Shown here: piece after piece, positions 38,415-52,061 of the stretch
How positions within the stretch are numbered: position 1 is the first letter of the stretch
Layout of the letters: each line of letters opens with the position of its first letter
DNA from: Raillietiella orientalis
Lineage: Eukaryota
Assembly: GCA_036172245.1 (NCBI GenBank)
Contig: JAYWIR010000003.1
Location: 2,728,001-2,792,000, forward strand
Direction: 5' to 3'
DNA length: 64,000 nucleotides
The notes under the pieces: model-generated
What the model was told of the DNA's origin: nothing
The model's input: the letters and a program-made list of their open reading frames with translations, nothing else
The model's database searches: none
Made by a program: the position numbers and the translations under genes

Positions 38415-41399
38415 TGCCCTCGCGTGAGATGCCGGTTCGCCAGAAGCACTGAGGAAGCTGCAGGCTTGTGTGACCCCAATCACCGACCCTGGACTCGCAG
38501 TCTGGGCGCCACAGGTGAAAAAACGAACGAGAAAGCGCGCAGCCAACCCAAATTCGCGCGTCTTGGGTTATCGAGCCCAGGCTCCAAGAGCTTCCAGATC
38601 CCGATCGAAGCAATCGCTTGGGTGAGAAGATGGAATCCGCAGGAACGCTGGTGTTTGTCGGCTTCTCGAATTTCGCCATCACCATGACCTGCCACCTCCT
38701 GCTCTGCCTTCCTTTCGCGAGTCTCCGGTTGCATGCATGAGAGTGTGTGTCCGCCGGGAAACTTCGATGGATTTTCGGAATCTTGTGTGTCACAAGAGGA
38801 GAGTCTATAAATACGTATATAAAAAGTAGGAAAGAAAAAAAAAAAAAATTGGATCCGCTGATGGGGATGGCGAATCCTTAATTTGTTTGTCACGCACGCA
38901 GACAATTAGACACCACAGGGATCGGGGTCCTAATTTCGAAATCATTTATGCGGAGGCCGATTACGGAACTCTTCCACCTCTGTGGGATCGACTGAGCCGC
39001 TTAATAAAGGAACCTTTTGTTTGGCTTCCTCCGCTAAATAGAATCGGCGAATCTCACTTTCAAGTACGCAGAATGTTTACAGTACCGCTGGAGCCGCTCG
39101 GTTTCAAAGTTTCCCCGATCACATCGAGCAGGAATGTCTTTTTCAAGCAGCTGTCGGAAGAGCCTGTCAGGAATCGGAAAGGTAACTCGCAAGGAATCCA
39201 CTCGCGCTTTGACGAGGGGGAGGGGGGAGAGGGGAGCTCTCGCAAAGGGTGCGTGTGTGGCCTCAATAGCGAGATCATGCGTCAGATGAGTTTTCCCTTG
39301 GATGCTGAGCGCACAAGGAAGGTTCCGAGGAAGAGACGCCAAGGGGAAGACGGTTTTCGCCGTCTTTGGCTCGATCGCCACCCAATTTCGGGGTGTGTGT
39401 TTTCGCGGAGGCTTTCCGAGTTTTATTTTGACTCGTAACGCCTTGCATTGGGGATCGCAACGGAGCACCCGCGCATGGGGTCGTGCGTGGGAATCACGGA
39501 GGGCCGCCGCCCGTTTCTCGGCTCGGAAAGCCACGCGAAACCGAAGGATCAGCGGAGATTCCCCCGGCGCAGGCCCGGGCTAGAGAGATCGGAATCCCGA
39601 AGAATCCTCCGTCCCTCCTCATCCTGCAATCACTGATCACCGGATCATGTTCGCCTGATGCTCGCACCTGAGGATGAACACACTCCTTCTCTTTCCGTAG
39701 TCGCAGATCACCAAGCGGCAGTCCTCCTGCACTCAACGGGAACCTGCGGGGGAGACTCATCTCACTTCAATCGGAAGCCAGAGTTGGTTTCAAAGCTGCA
39801 ATCTCGGGAATCTCCGTTTCGAAGCTGACTTCGAAAGTCCCACTCGAAGCCCTCGAGCCGCCCTGGACCGCAACAAAATTTATAGAGTCAAAGGAAATAC
39901 GGTTTTGTGTTTTTTTTAGGTTCCCACGCTTTCGAATTCATGCTTCTTTCCTTCTTCTACCTGGAAACCGCAGTCCTTCCTCGCTCAGCACCATAAGGGG
40001 CAGCGGTGAACCAACTGCAAGCTACTAAGAGAGCCTCGATGCTCTTGGAATCTCAGTCAGAACTTCAGCAAGAGGTGGAAGCTCTTCCCTCATACCGACG
40101 ATAGGAAACATCTTTGCTCTGTAAACTTTCCGAGGACCCGAGTAACCTATCTGGTGAAATTTCTGGCTCCTCAAACCAGCAGCGCTCGAATAGTACAACG
40201 ACCCTCTTCGTTCCGATGGACGGGGACGGCTACTTCGTGGTGTTCCACTTTGTTCATCGTCTTTGGGAGCGTAGCAATCCTCAATTGATTTTGTTCACCT
40301 CAGGATTTGCGGAAACGTCCTGCTGCCAACTCTCGCTCGAACACGTTCCACACGTGCACTCCCTCTCACTCTTAAGTCTCTGCGTCTTCAGGGAGGAAGG
40401 AATGGCGCAAGAGGACAGCGCCGAACCTGATGGGGTTCCACCCGGGAGCCTTGAAACCTCCCTGCAAGCTCGCGTCTCTGCCTTCCGTCTAAACGGCCAG
40501 TTCTGCTGGAGGAAGAGGACGCCGGACTGCATGTCCCATAAGTTCTGCCTGGGAATCCTGAGCCCTCTTCGCGGGCTTTGGAACACGAAGGCCGATGGAA
40601 AGTCGGGCGTTCTTTTCCTCCAAGCGGAACTCCTGACTGCTCCGAGGCAATGCCGAGCATCACTTTGAAAGGGAAACAAAGATGCCATATGAGAAGCATT
40701 CGACAGGGGAAGGAGCTGTCTTTCTACTCCTCCCACAAGAACTTTCGATGAGCGCCTTTGCAATGTTCGGTGGTGAGTGAGAATGACGTCACTCCTCAAC
40801 TGAATCGGCAGCATCACTATAAAAATAGCAAGAGGGTCGAGAGAACAGAAACCCGGGTTCAAGGAAAACTCTCAAGACAGAACGGCATGGTTCCCGTGGT
40901 GAGAATTGATTGGCCGACATGAAACGCTAGAAAGGAGATCGGATTTTTTTTAGACGAGTTTGACAGGGAATCACAGAACAAAACAGAGTGCAGGCTTTAG
41001 GCAATCCCATTAGGATCCAAGCCCGTGAGGCTCACCCAGTCTCAGTGTTCCTCTCAAAGTGCATGCAGATCTCCGTGGAGATAAGTTGCCGTTTCTCATG
41101 CGGGGAACTTTTGCACCGCAAAAGCTGCTGTCCTCTCTTTGGGCACATTTCACCTCTGGTCTTCCTGCTTGCTTGCTCTCCCGAAAGCATTCGTCCTGTG
41201 GCTGAGCATCTTCGTTCCCATCTCCTCACACAGGAAGTGTGCTGCGGGCTAAATTCGGAATTCTCGTCCTTGAAAGCAGCAGCACACCCTGCAGTGCCTC
41301 TTTTTTTTTCTTCTTCCTCTTCTTTATCAGAGAGGATGTTTGGGGCACAGAGAAATAGGAAAACACTGATGCAATCCGAAAAGCGAGCCACTCATCTTA

Positions 41400-43136
41400 C
41401 ACGTGCGGGATGGACCGGGAATTCTTCAGGAGCGGATCCGATGGATCATTTTCCTGGCGATCTCAAGACGCGTATCCGCCTGTGCAGGTCGTCTGGCGAC
41501 GACCTGCCTCGGGCGGCTGCGCCGGTATCGTTGGTCGCGAAAGGCCGGCACGCGAGGTGGCAGCAGCGCGAACGGAGACCTCCCGTGCATCCGGGGTCCG
41601 GGGGCGTGCAGGGCAACCTGCAGCGCCGGCAGAAGCACCGCAAGAACGCGCTCCTCCGCGTGCCGCGCGCAAGTTCGCGTCTCCCGGCCGGATCGCATCC
41701 CGCGTCTGCAGAGTCGCTTTTCGGCGTCCCGAGATGCGCCTGCGGGAAGTTTCCCCCCTTCGCTACCATGTGATCGCGACTTCTGCGAGGAAGAAGGAAG
41801 GAAGCTGCATCCCTGCGCGCGGAGATCGCTGAGCGTCAAGAGCGCGCTTTTCTCGTCAAGATGGAGACAGAAGGAATAAACACCGTCGATCGCGCAAGAA
41901 AGCATCGGCGGAGATGCCTATAAATAGATGGGGTGATCACGGCGATGACTCCCCTCGGAAGCCAGGAGGCTGGGCACGGAGAAGGGCGGAGGTGCTCGGT
42001 AGGTGCGGAGGGCAAGGTGGCTTCCCTTCCCGTCGCGAGAGGAAGGAGAGAGGGCGTCCTGCGTGCCAGCTCGCGCGGCTGCGACGGCGAGCGCCGACGG
42101 GAGGCTTCCCTTGCCCGCTCCGTGGCTCCTGGATGGTTTCCGGAGAGACACCGTCGCGACCTTCGGACTCGAGGAAGAGCCGCTCCTCGGGATATCTCCA
42201 CATCACTTCCGCCCCTCATCCTCCGCGAACAGTAGTCGAAGAGCACCGCCGTCGAGCGTGCACGTTCCGGGTAAGCGCATCCGAGGAAGAGATCGAGCGG
42301 CAGAGAGGATTTCCCCCCCCCCCTCACGTCCCCCTCCCCCCTTCCTCTTCGAGAAGCCTCCGCGCTTCTTCTTCGAGGGTTTCCTTCCTTCCAAGAGAAA
42401 GAAGAACCCGAACGAATTCCAAAAATTCATCCGGCTGAGCCGCGCGCCACATCTTTTCATTTGCCGTTTCATCCCAGATGCAATCCGAAACTTCCAGCGA
42501 ATGGCTTCCATTTTTCGCGGTTATGAGATCTACGGCGGCCGGAATGCTCCGTTGCCTGGGCAACGATGGCTGCCAAGCTCCGTCGGCAGCCAATGGCGGC
42601 TCGTGGATTTTGTAGGTCGGAAAGCTTTTGTGTCCGTCCGCGGAGACGAATGCTCACTCGTGGTGACATCGTTCCGGAACAGAGGGCTGTTCCAGATTGC
42701 GTTTCCTTGGAGAAAAATAATCTCAATGCGAAGAATCAGCGGAGAGAGAGGGGAGGGGGGGAGGAAGGGAGAAGCAATCATCATCCCTCGTGGCTTCGAT
42801 TTTTGTCGCAGCGTTTACGATGCCGCCGCCCGAAGCCGCATTCGGGAAGAAGCCGCCGCGCACTGGTCACCCGGACGACGGGATTTCTGTCTGGTCAGTA
42901 AGGCTGCCGAGAGTGACCGGCGGCGCTGCGCTTTTCGTCCTCCTGAGAAAAATTCCGGCCGATCCCTGCCGCGTGGATTTCACTTCCGTCCAGGTTTTAT
43001 TTTTAACCGCGACACCATAGAAACGCGATGCGTTTCCGCGTACCCCCCTGGCATGCCTCTGCGAAGCAGGATCCGCCCGTGCTGAAAATCCCCCCGGCAG
43101 CGGGGAGAAGAAAAGGGGGGAAGGAGGAAAGGAGGA

Positions 43137-43176
<40 letters not shown>

Positions 43177-46100
43177 GGGGAAAGAGGAAGGAGAACGTCT
43201 TTCGAGAGACGCCTTTTCTCCACCGATGCGATCCTTTCGCTCCCCCCCCTCCTCCCCCTCCTCCCCCTCCCCTTCCCCGATCTTCAGGAGGATACGCCGT
43301 CGCTGATCCACGCAGGCGCGTCCGCCGATGGAGGCGCTCAGATTTTCGCGGGGTCCGACCGCGCGGAATGGCGCCGAGAAGCCGCCGGCACGCCGTGCGC
43401 ACGCGCACGCGGAAGGGGGGGGGGGGCTGCCGCGCCAAGCAGGCGGACTTCGCCTCGCTCCGCACCGGATTTCGTCCCGAGATGGAACGCAGGATGGGAG
43501 CCTGCGGCGAGGACCGCTCGCGGCCGCCCTCCGCGGGATCTATAGAGATCAACTTGGCCGGCAGCTCCTCCCCCGCGCCGTCCGCGTCCCAGCGGCCTAA
43601 GCTCCCCCTCGTTCCGGGGATGCGGCCAGAGGGCCCCTCCGCCTGCGTCCGCGGGAGACCCCTCGGGAAAGCTCGGGCGGCCGGCGCGGTTTTGCTCGCA
43701 GACGACGCCTCTGCCGATGTCCACGCCCCCGCGACTCGATGCTCTCTCGGGAGCCGCGCGAGGCGACCTTGGGCCGCGGCGACTTCCCATGCGTCTCTGC
43801 TCGCCCGCTGTCGCTGCCGCGGTCAGCTTATGGTGGCTCAGCCGGGGGGAAGGCGGAGGACCATCTCCCAGCCCAGTGGGAGCCCTCCGGAATGTCCTCT
43901 ATCCGCGGAGAGGTCGGCGAAGGCTGAGGGGGCCTCCACGGTGCGCCACGGTGACCCGAAGTGCTGCAAGACCCTGATCCGCGAGGGCAATTCTGGGAGG
44001 GCGCAGGGGCCGAGGAGTTCGACCTCCCCTTCCGCCGGCTCCCACCCTCGCTTGGTACTCGCGAGGTCGCCGCCGCTTCCGGAGCGATTTCTTTTGGCGC
44101 TCCCGATTGGCTCGGCTCCGTTTGTCCCGGAGGATTCCGTTCTAAGTGACCTCCGCGGCGGCCGCGCGTCTGACAGGCGGTCATCCGAACTTCCTCCTCC
44201 GGTGAGGTTTCTGAGCCTGGAACCAGCGGGGGAGGTGCCGAACGACGTCGCCAGGCTCAGCAGAGAGAGAGCGCGCCTCGGGAGGGAACCTTCTTCCCGA
44301 CTTTCCCCTCTTTCTTGTTTGCTTCGGGTCCGGAGGCTCTTCAAAGCACTCCCGGGTCGCGCTAATGGAAAGTGGGAAACCGACGGGAATCAAAGAACCC
44401 CGCCTCGGAGGCCTCTGGCTCTCCGGGTCAGCTCGTTTTCGTCCGTGAGCGCGGCGGGAAGCGTGCGGGGGTTGCCTACTTTACCCCGTGGGAATTCCCC
44501 GCGTGAGATCGGAGCTCCGCGGCGACCGCGGATCCACTCTCGAGTTGATGGCGATTTCGTCCTAGGGGGAGCTGATGCTCCCGGTTCTCCCTTTCCAGCC
44601 ACGCTGGCTCGCACTAGCGGGATGTGGACGTGTGTTACATCGACCTCCGGAACGAGCGAGAGATGGGAAATCGCTTGATGCGAGCGGAGGACGAGGAACC
44701 TGGGCGCGAAAAGCGCCGGTGCGCGCGCTCCAGGCTCAAGATCCCGGGATCGCGCCGAGGATGAGAGCGGGAGCGTCCTATGGAAGGCGTCGTACGCCGT
44801 CCGGTTCTCTGCATCCTCTCCCACCCTCCGTCTCAGCCTCTCGAACCCGGGAGCGTTCGGGATGAAGAAGGAACGGTATGGACCGAAACGCGAAAAGGAG
44901 AAATCCCGCATTCCTCCCAGCGAGAAGATTTGTCGGAAGGGGGCGGAGGCAGGAACGCTCTCCAGACCCCGCTTCCGTCGGGCGGGGAGTGGAAAGAGAG
45001 GCCTCCCGTCTCCTACTGTCGGGAGCGTCTTCCACCTTTTTGTCCATCCTCCTCCGTCTTCTTTACGAAAATGTGGCTGTAGGGTGTGGATCAGCGGATT
45101 TTGCGCTTCCCAGGAACGAGGCGTTCAGGACCACTCGCCTTTCCCGAAACTCCGCGCGCGCAGTCCCGGCAGAATTCGCCCGCCCGAGGCGCGTCTTTCC
45201 CCGGCCGCGCGACCCCGGTACAGAGGGAACGAACGCGGACACCGACAAACATCCACTCACCCCGTGCGGATCCTTCGGTCTCAATTTCGGGCGAAGACCG
45301 GCCGTTCTTCTCCTCCGCAGTCTCCTTGCCGAGCTGGGAACGCCTGCAAACGCCGGAGGAACTTCTGGTGGCGTGCGCGCCTCCTCTTTTTGATAAGAAA
45401 AGCGTGATCGAAACCTGAGATGAATTTCATCATTGAACTGTTGCAGCTTGGAAAGGAAAAGCCCATTATACGTCGGCAGCCATCTTGTTTCATGCCTGGT
45501 CTCAATGTCAATGTCTCGGAGCGACTGGAAATTCGTATCGGGGTCACACATTATGTGAAGCGCTCGAGCGTCGCCTTTATGATGGTGCAAGCAGGGCGAA
45601 GAATTCGGGGCGCACTTGGAAGAGGGGCGTCTTTTGAGCCCTGCCTCCTCTGTTCCGACTCCCCCCCTTTTCTCCTGCTGGGCACCAGTCAGACTCCAGC
45701 GCGAGCGGGCAATTCGTCCGGAGTCACGCGCGCGAGCCATGCTCGCCCATGACCGGAGAGCGACGCGCACCTCTCCGCTGCCGGCGTGGAAAAGACCAGG
45801 CACGGGAAACAAATGCCAGCCTGCGGCGCAGGGAGCACTCGCGAAAAGGGCGAACCGATCCGGGGAGGATGGCGTCCACGTGGACTCCTTCTCCTTCTTG
45901 CATTCCCAGTGAGGGTCAGGAGACCACGAAGATCACCGAGCGCGCGGAGAGGAGCCCTGTGCCCCGATATTTCCAGCCGGGAGCAAATCACCTCCCTCCT
46001 CGACTCTTCGCAGCTCCAGTGATCCGTTGAAGAACGCCACGGCGAGCGTTCGGCGGATAAGTTCGCGAAGGAGCAAAACACGTCATCGTCATCGTGCCGG

Positions 46101-46200
46101 AACCCGCGATAAAAGCAGGCGGAATCCGCCAACAGTTGAGGCTTTCTCAGCGGCGAGTTGACCTGCGATGACCACTGAGAAAGCGGACCTTTCCCGCTTA
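41400..46200. other. Orphan GC/CpG-rich island with GAGA repeat and Pho/YY1 motifs
   Basis: GC-rich with no recognisable protein. Contains (GA)16 at 43141-43172 and AATGGCGGC at 42592-42600. Boundaries approximate. Confidence 0.6.
43141..43172. repeat. (GA)16 microsatellite / GAGA-factor-type array
   Basis: Uninterrupted GA run inside a long polypurine tract. Confidence 0.95.
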
Positions 46201-49200
46201 GAAAAAAGTAAGATGAAATGAAAACGCGAGAACGGAGCTTTCACTCTTCGTCTCGCGAGAAGCATGGCGAAATCAACATCTCTAGGAAACGTTCAGGGAT
46301 TAGCCGTCCTCCACGGCAACAGAAAAGGAATTCAGGATTGAAGACGCGGCGGACAAGGCGGTTGTCCTCCTGGAGAAGGAGAACACTTCTTCTTTCCAGG
46401 GATCCCGTCTCATTGGCACTAAACAGTGGGCGGATCTGAACTTTCGGAGCAGCTATGCGCACTGCGCGAAAGATCGTTGCAGCATCCCTCGAAAGTTTCG
46501 GGGCGAAGACCGTTGAGTTTTCTCGGCAGCTTCTCTCTCGAGTACCTTCCGAAAGTTGGCTATAGGACTCTTTCCCGTACGCTGATATCTCGCACTTTAA
46601 GGCGTGTACACTTCCCGGCTCTCACTGGTGACTCGGTGGTCCTCCAGGTCTTCTGCACAATTTGTGCGCGCAAACAACGCATGAACCCAGTGTCAGAGGT
46701 CATTCTTGAATGACTTCTGACACTGAATATGCCGACGAAACGGAGAAAGTTCTCGCAAAGAGGGCATACGGAAAAAGTCTCACCTATCAAGGCACCCATT
46801 CCCGAAGAGGATTGCTCACCTGTCCCCACTCATGAGCTCTGGTGCCCACTGCATCCTGACGTTCTACTATCCTCCAAACGTCTGCAAGGATCAGCAAGAA
46901 GATTTTCTCGTTTCTGCTCCGATTTCAAGGCGCAGAGATGCCTGGACACGTTGCCTGTGCATTGAGCTCACTGAGGGTGGCAGATCCGGTCTTCAAGAGT
47001 GTGAGTACAGGTGAAGCCAGGCTCCAGCACGTGCTGCATCCGCACCTTTGGGAGCGAAACGTACATATGATAATCGCGCGTGTGCATAATTGCCCACGAA
47101 CACGAACGTACAATGCAGAGTTTTTGCTTTTCTTGCACGAGGATACCCAAAAGAGATCTGAAGTTCCTCGCAAGAAGTGGAAGGGATGTTTCAAGGATCC
47201 CCGAACTCGGTCTGCTTTTTGTCTGTGATGGTCCTCCGCCACTGACAAAGGAGACGCAAACCGAACGCTGTGTCGAACGCAGGGATCCCCCCCAAAGGAT
47301 CCAGAATTGTCCCCTTCGGACCGATCTCAGTTCGCAGAATGCTGAAGGAACCTTCGAGTATTTGAAGTAACGAGAAAGTCCTCGAAAAAAATCTGCAGGT
47401 TGCATATCACTTCCAGTTGTCTGCTCGGGATGGGGTGGGGGTCTTCCTCAAAGCCCAAAGAAAGCAATGAATGTGTCCGCCTCCGATGCCTGCCGCGTTC
47501 ACAATGACATCGCAATGAGTGATGCCCCGTGGATTACTCGGTTCTACCATGCGTTAACATTCCGCTCTCGGCATTTTTAGAGTGCAACTTACTGAACCTT
47601 TTTACTCTTCGAAACGAATCTCTAGCGATTGCTTCCGATGACGGACCGGTCCCCCCGGCAGCCTCCTGGCATAAAGGCCAGCTTTTAGGACTCATCCTTC
47701 GTACACAGAGTTCGCTTTCCAGAGGACTCCTGGATCCTGTTTGTTGAGTTTAGGATTCGCTTCCTCGGAGCTCTCCACGTCAGGAAGCATCCACAGTTTC
47801 CGTCAGCACCGTAATCATTCTGCTGTAGGATGGAATGTGGACAAGGGGTGCTGTGCGGTATTGCCCTTCGTGTGATTTCTACACTTTGAACGCTTTCTCT
47901 CGCACCTTTCTCAGCATCGAAGGGAAACCGGATGAGACATGGACAAATAGTTCTTTGAGAGTGCCTCAACATTCGGTTTGGATCCACACTCATAATCTTT
48001 GCATTTCGAAAAATGCAAAGTCGCTCCGGATGTTGAAGAAATTCTTATTCCTAGCCTCGCGCAGCATCAGCCTTTTGAAGAAAATCCGGAGAAGGCCGAG
48101 GCAGTCGTTTAAGCTCAGTTGGTACTCGAAGTCCTCAGTCCCACGCGTCCACCAGAATGAATTGGCCTTCCTTCAAAGACACACAGCAGTCTATGGCCAT
48201 TATCGAATCATTTTTGGTTGAGAATTTTGTGTCAAGAATGGCTCAGTAGCAGTGGCTCAGTTGAATCTTCTCAGCTACCACGTCTCCCTGCACCTCAAGA
48301 GTTCAAAAGTGCAGTGCCGCTGAACTGGCTGAACCCCCAGGCGGCGGAATTCCATGCAGAGCATTCCCCAAAGCTCCCCTTTCACGGTATCAAAAGTGTT
48401 TGGAGAAAAAAAAAAATGGTGACTACGTAGAAAAGTGAGATGGGGATGCGTGTGTTTCGAACCACCAATGCATTTTTGTTCCTCTCATTTGTTTTTTCGT
48501 TACATACGATTGGGTTTTACATTTGAGATACGCTTCGTAAAATGCTCAAAGAGCTTTCCTTCAGTCCATTCTTCTCAGTTTGCCAGAATTCTCTTCTCAA
48601 AGCAAATATGCAATGTTAAATCTTCTCAGCTTCAGGTACATATGGTTGGAAGACGGAAATATGGAACAAAGGAGAGTGCTTTCCTCCTAAAATGTGTTTT
48701 TTTTCCTTTTTCCTCAAAGTTTGTTAGAATGCATTTTAGTTCTCATTCCGAAGTTGCTGGCAGTACTTTTCTGCAGCAGTGCCAAATGATTATGGAAAGT
48801 TACGATCTGCCAATTCGTCCCCTCCACGGTACGCTTGACAAGACGTGGGGCATGCGAAGGCAGCGAATTCGTTCCCAATTTCTCTAAGACTCGTCAGGAT
48901 TGAGACAATTGACCTGGAAATCGTTTTTGTCGTCAGCGAACGGCCTCGAGCGTTTTAATTTGCAGCTCAGAGATCTGAGCCTTGCGGGTAGCAGGACGTA
49001 AGCTCGGAAGCATCAGGATATTCCTAAAAGTCTCGAGTTTGCCACGCTCCCTACAAAGTGGGGTCAAAGAGTGACGCAGACGTTGATGAAATCCTTCAAT
49101 CCTGGTATTTTCTTCTGAGAGTTATTCCCCTTATCCGCAAGGATAAGCACCTTTTTATAAACAAGGAAAAGTGTCTCGATGTATACTGAAGAGAAATTTC

Positions 49201-52010
49201 GTCTTGTTCCCTTGGAAGCGGAAACGAATGAAGAAGAAACTTTATTTTCTTTGGAATGGTTCGACTTAAGGCCTTGAAACAACGACTTTGTTTTCAAGGA
49301 AGGAAAGCCCTCAGCCGAGTCCTGCTGCAACTGCGTCACTTTTGAAATTCAGGAAGTACTCCAATCTGGAAACTTGTTTCTGGGCTCAGGTTCCAGAGAG
49401 GCTCATCTCGATGATATGATCACATGATGACTCACGATCAAACGATTTTCAAGAATCTAGAAGTGAAGGCGCAAGAATTGTGCGGCAAACACATTTGGGC
49501 TGTTCAAGACTGGCTATTTCCATGCTTTGCAATGTCAATGATTTTTGATTAACTTCCATCCAACTAAGTGCCCCGTGAGTATTGTGCCCCGATGGTGCAA
49601 TTTCACTGTTATTTACTTTATTGTTTTCATACAGAAGGAGGGAAATTCAATTAAGGCAGTCGGAACAGTTCCGCATAGTTTCACGAGCCCAAGAAAATTC
49701 CCAGTTGCCACATTCACGGAATCTTTCAGCAATCTCCATTAATTGGTTTCGAAAGGATGGCGAGCCGCCGGAATGAAGGTGCTCCCAAGATCCAGGATCG
49801 AAAAAGTGTGCAGAGAGGCTGGAAGATGGGAGTGAACTTTCTCCCCTCGAAGGTCAGGTGGAAGACTGCAGAACAATAACCGACGTGACTCTTGACAATA
49901 ACGATCTTTCGCTTCGATGAGAATCTCTCGATGGTTCCTCCGCACGTGTCCTCGGAACACCTCCTCATCAGCTCCAGGCAGCTCACCGACCTTCTGCGAG
50001 AGCGATGACAACACGGGCTGATTATGTGCATAACTGATATCCTTAAATCATGCGCTGTTGCTGATGCTGCAAAGTGCTCCTCGTCACAGATGCGTGGTGG
50101 TTTCCGAATGCATATGCCAATTAAAACCAGTAACATTAATGAAGACTCGGATAGGTCGGCATAACCGAAAACAAACAGAGCTGCAGAGGGATGGGAAATC
50201 AAAACGAAAGAGCCGAAACAGTTTTTTTGTTCTGTTTCCTTTCGTTTCGTAGGTGATTAATACAAAAAAAAAAAAAGTGGCTCTTTTTTAAAATGGTCGT
50301 TTGATCTTTAGTAATCTCCTTTGACCTGAATGAAAGGGTCGCAGTTTTCTCCGATGCTGATTTCTTCTGGAGTCTCAGTTGCATTTTCATCTTCTGTTTT
50401 CCAGACTTGAGTATTCCGCTCAAGTGCTCTTTGCAGTTGCCTTCAATAATTTCCTACCACGGAATTCCTTTTCGGAGTTGCCAAGAGAGACGTTTCTTCC
50501 TGCCTCTCTGTCTAAATATTTACGCTTTGCAGCCATCCGTCTGGCTGGCTTTTCGTTCTCTGGGATGATTTGCCCGTTTGTATCAAAGCATCTTAATCAA
50601 TACTTGCGGAAAACGTGGGAACTGCTTTGTCTGGCGATCTCATGCAGGCCGTCTAAAAGGCGGAATAAATCAAAACAGGAATATCCATTCCTACTCGCCG
50701 CAGCCTGGAATGTTCTACTAATTCGGACTTAGTCCGGAGATGGAGAGAAGAAATCGAAGCGCGGTTTCCGATTCGGACAAACAGTTTTTATTTTTTCAAC
50801 TCCAGCTGATGAAAACTTGGCGGATTGCATTCATCTTTGGAGGATTGGCCGTCCTGTGCTCATGGGAGCCTAAGAACAAGTGTAGCTCCTGAGGCTGGGG
50901 CACAGGTGAGAAGCGAGGTGAAGCGGCCAGTTTGAATCTCACAGCATTCGAAGGTTTCCGCAGGCACTGGATGAGACACTTGCACAGGTCAGAGGATGTT
51001 TCCTGGAAAGAGGACACCCCTACCTCTCCAACCATATGAGAATCGAGCCAATCCGTGCACGGGATCTTAGAAAACATCTTCCTGCCCGAGAATGAGTACG
51101 CGTTTGGCAAAAACGAATGCGGCTGGTCCATTCCATCTTTTCAGCGGAGCGCGCCCGCGAGATTCGCAATGGATGGAAGCTTTAGTTTAGCCGGGTTTCT
51201 CCACGCAACTTTTGCACTCTCTGCAATGCATTTCCGTCAATTCTAGGTTTCCTCGATGTGGGCATTTCCTGGGTCTAATCTACGTGGCACAAAAAGTGCT
51301 TGCCACCTGGAAATGTTTACTTTCTGGATGACAGCAGCCTTTTGAGAACAAGGTTTCTTTCGTGGTGGTGGGTACCTTTAATTGCTATTGATGGGTTCCA
51401 TCTCATTCTCTTTATCTCCAGCTTTATGTCTTCCCGTATTCTGGCACGGAGCTGCATCGTCCTTAAACGGCATGTTGATGACTTTCTGTGCGTAAAGCAC
51501 ACAAGGTGCCACGTAAAGCTGTAAAAACTCTTGTAATGGAGCTGATCAACTGGCCAAACTATCAATTTACCAGTTGATTAAGTCACTGCCTGGCTAATAC
51601 ATTGGTCAAGCGCTGCGAAATAAAAGACGCCAACCAGGTGCTGAATCCACAATGAAAATTGGTAGCTTGGTCAGTTGATCACCTGGCTTCAAGGGCATTT
51701 TCTGTAGATGTTTACAGTAGTTTCGCATTTGTATATTCTTTTTTCCTGCGCGTCGTACACTCTTCAGTAAGCTTTGCTTTGCTAATTTGCAACGCGTCAT
51801 GTGGTTTTCCGGGGACCGAAGGATACTCTACAGCTTCTTGGAAGCAGCCTGCGACTGAACAGTTATCTATGCAAGAGTCCTTTTTGGGTGCATGTTGAGG
51901 ATAAGGCTCTCCGAAAAAGCATTTCGCGAAGAGAAGGGAATTTTGGGTCCAGATGTATGATTTTCAACATTTGAAGAGCTTCTCATAGACTTGCCGTTGT
52001 TTCATTTAGC

Positions 52011-52013
<3 letters not shown>

Positions 52014-52057
<44 letters not shown>
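52014..52057. repeat. (TG)n microsatellite
   Basis: About 22 TG units, continuing as alternating purine-pyrimidine (GCGTGCGCGCGTGTGTGT) to about 52074. Confidence 0.95.

Positions 52058-52061
<4 letters not shown>

Noticed and set aside
42003..44678. 360-aa and 436-aa plus-strand ORFs
   Set aside because: Low-complexity GC-driven translations with non-ATG starts and no family resemblance.
49181..49190. GTATACTGAA, partial match to miR-iab-4-5p (also GTATACCT near 61184 and 62098)
   Set aside because: Only 8-10 nt match, with no complementary arm forming the precursor.
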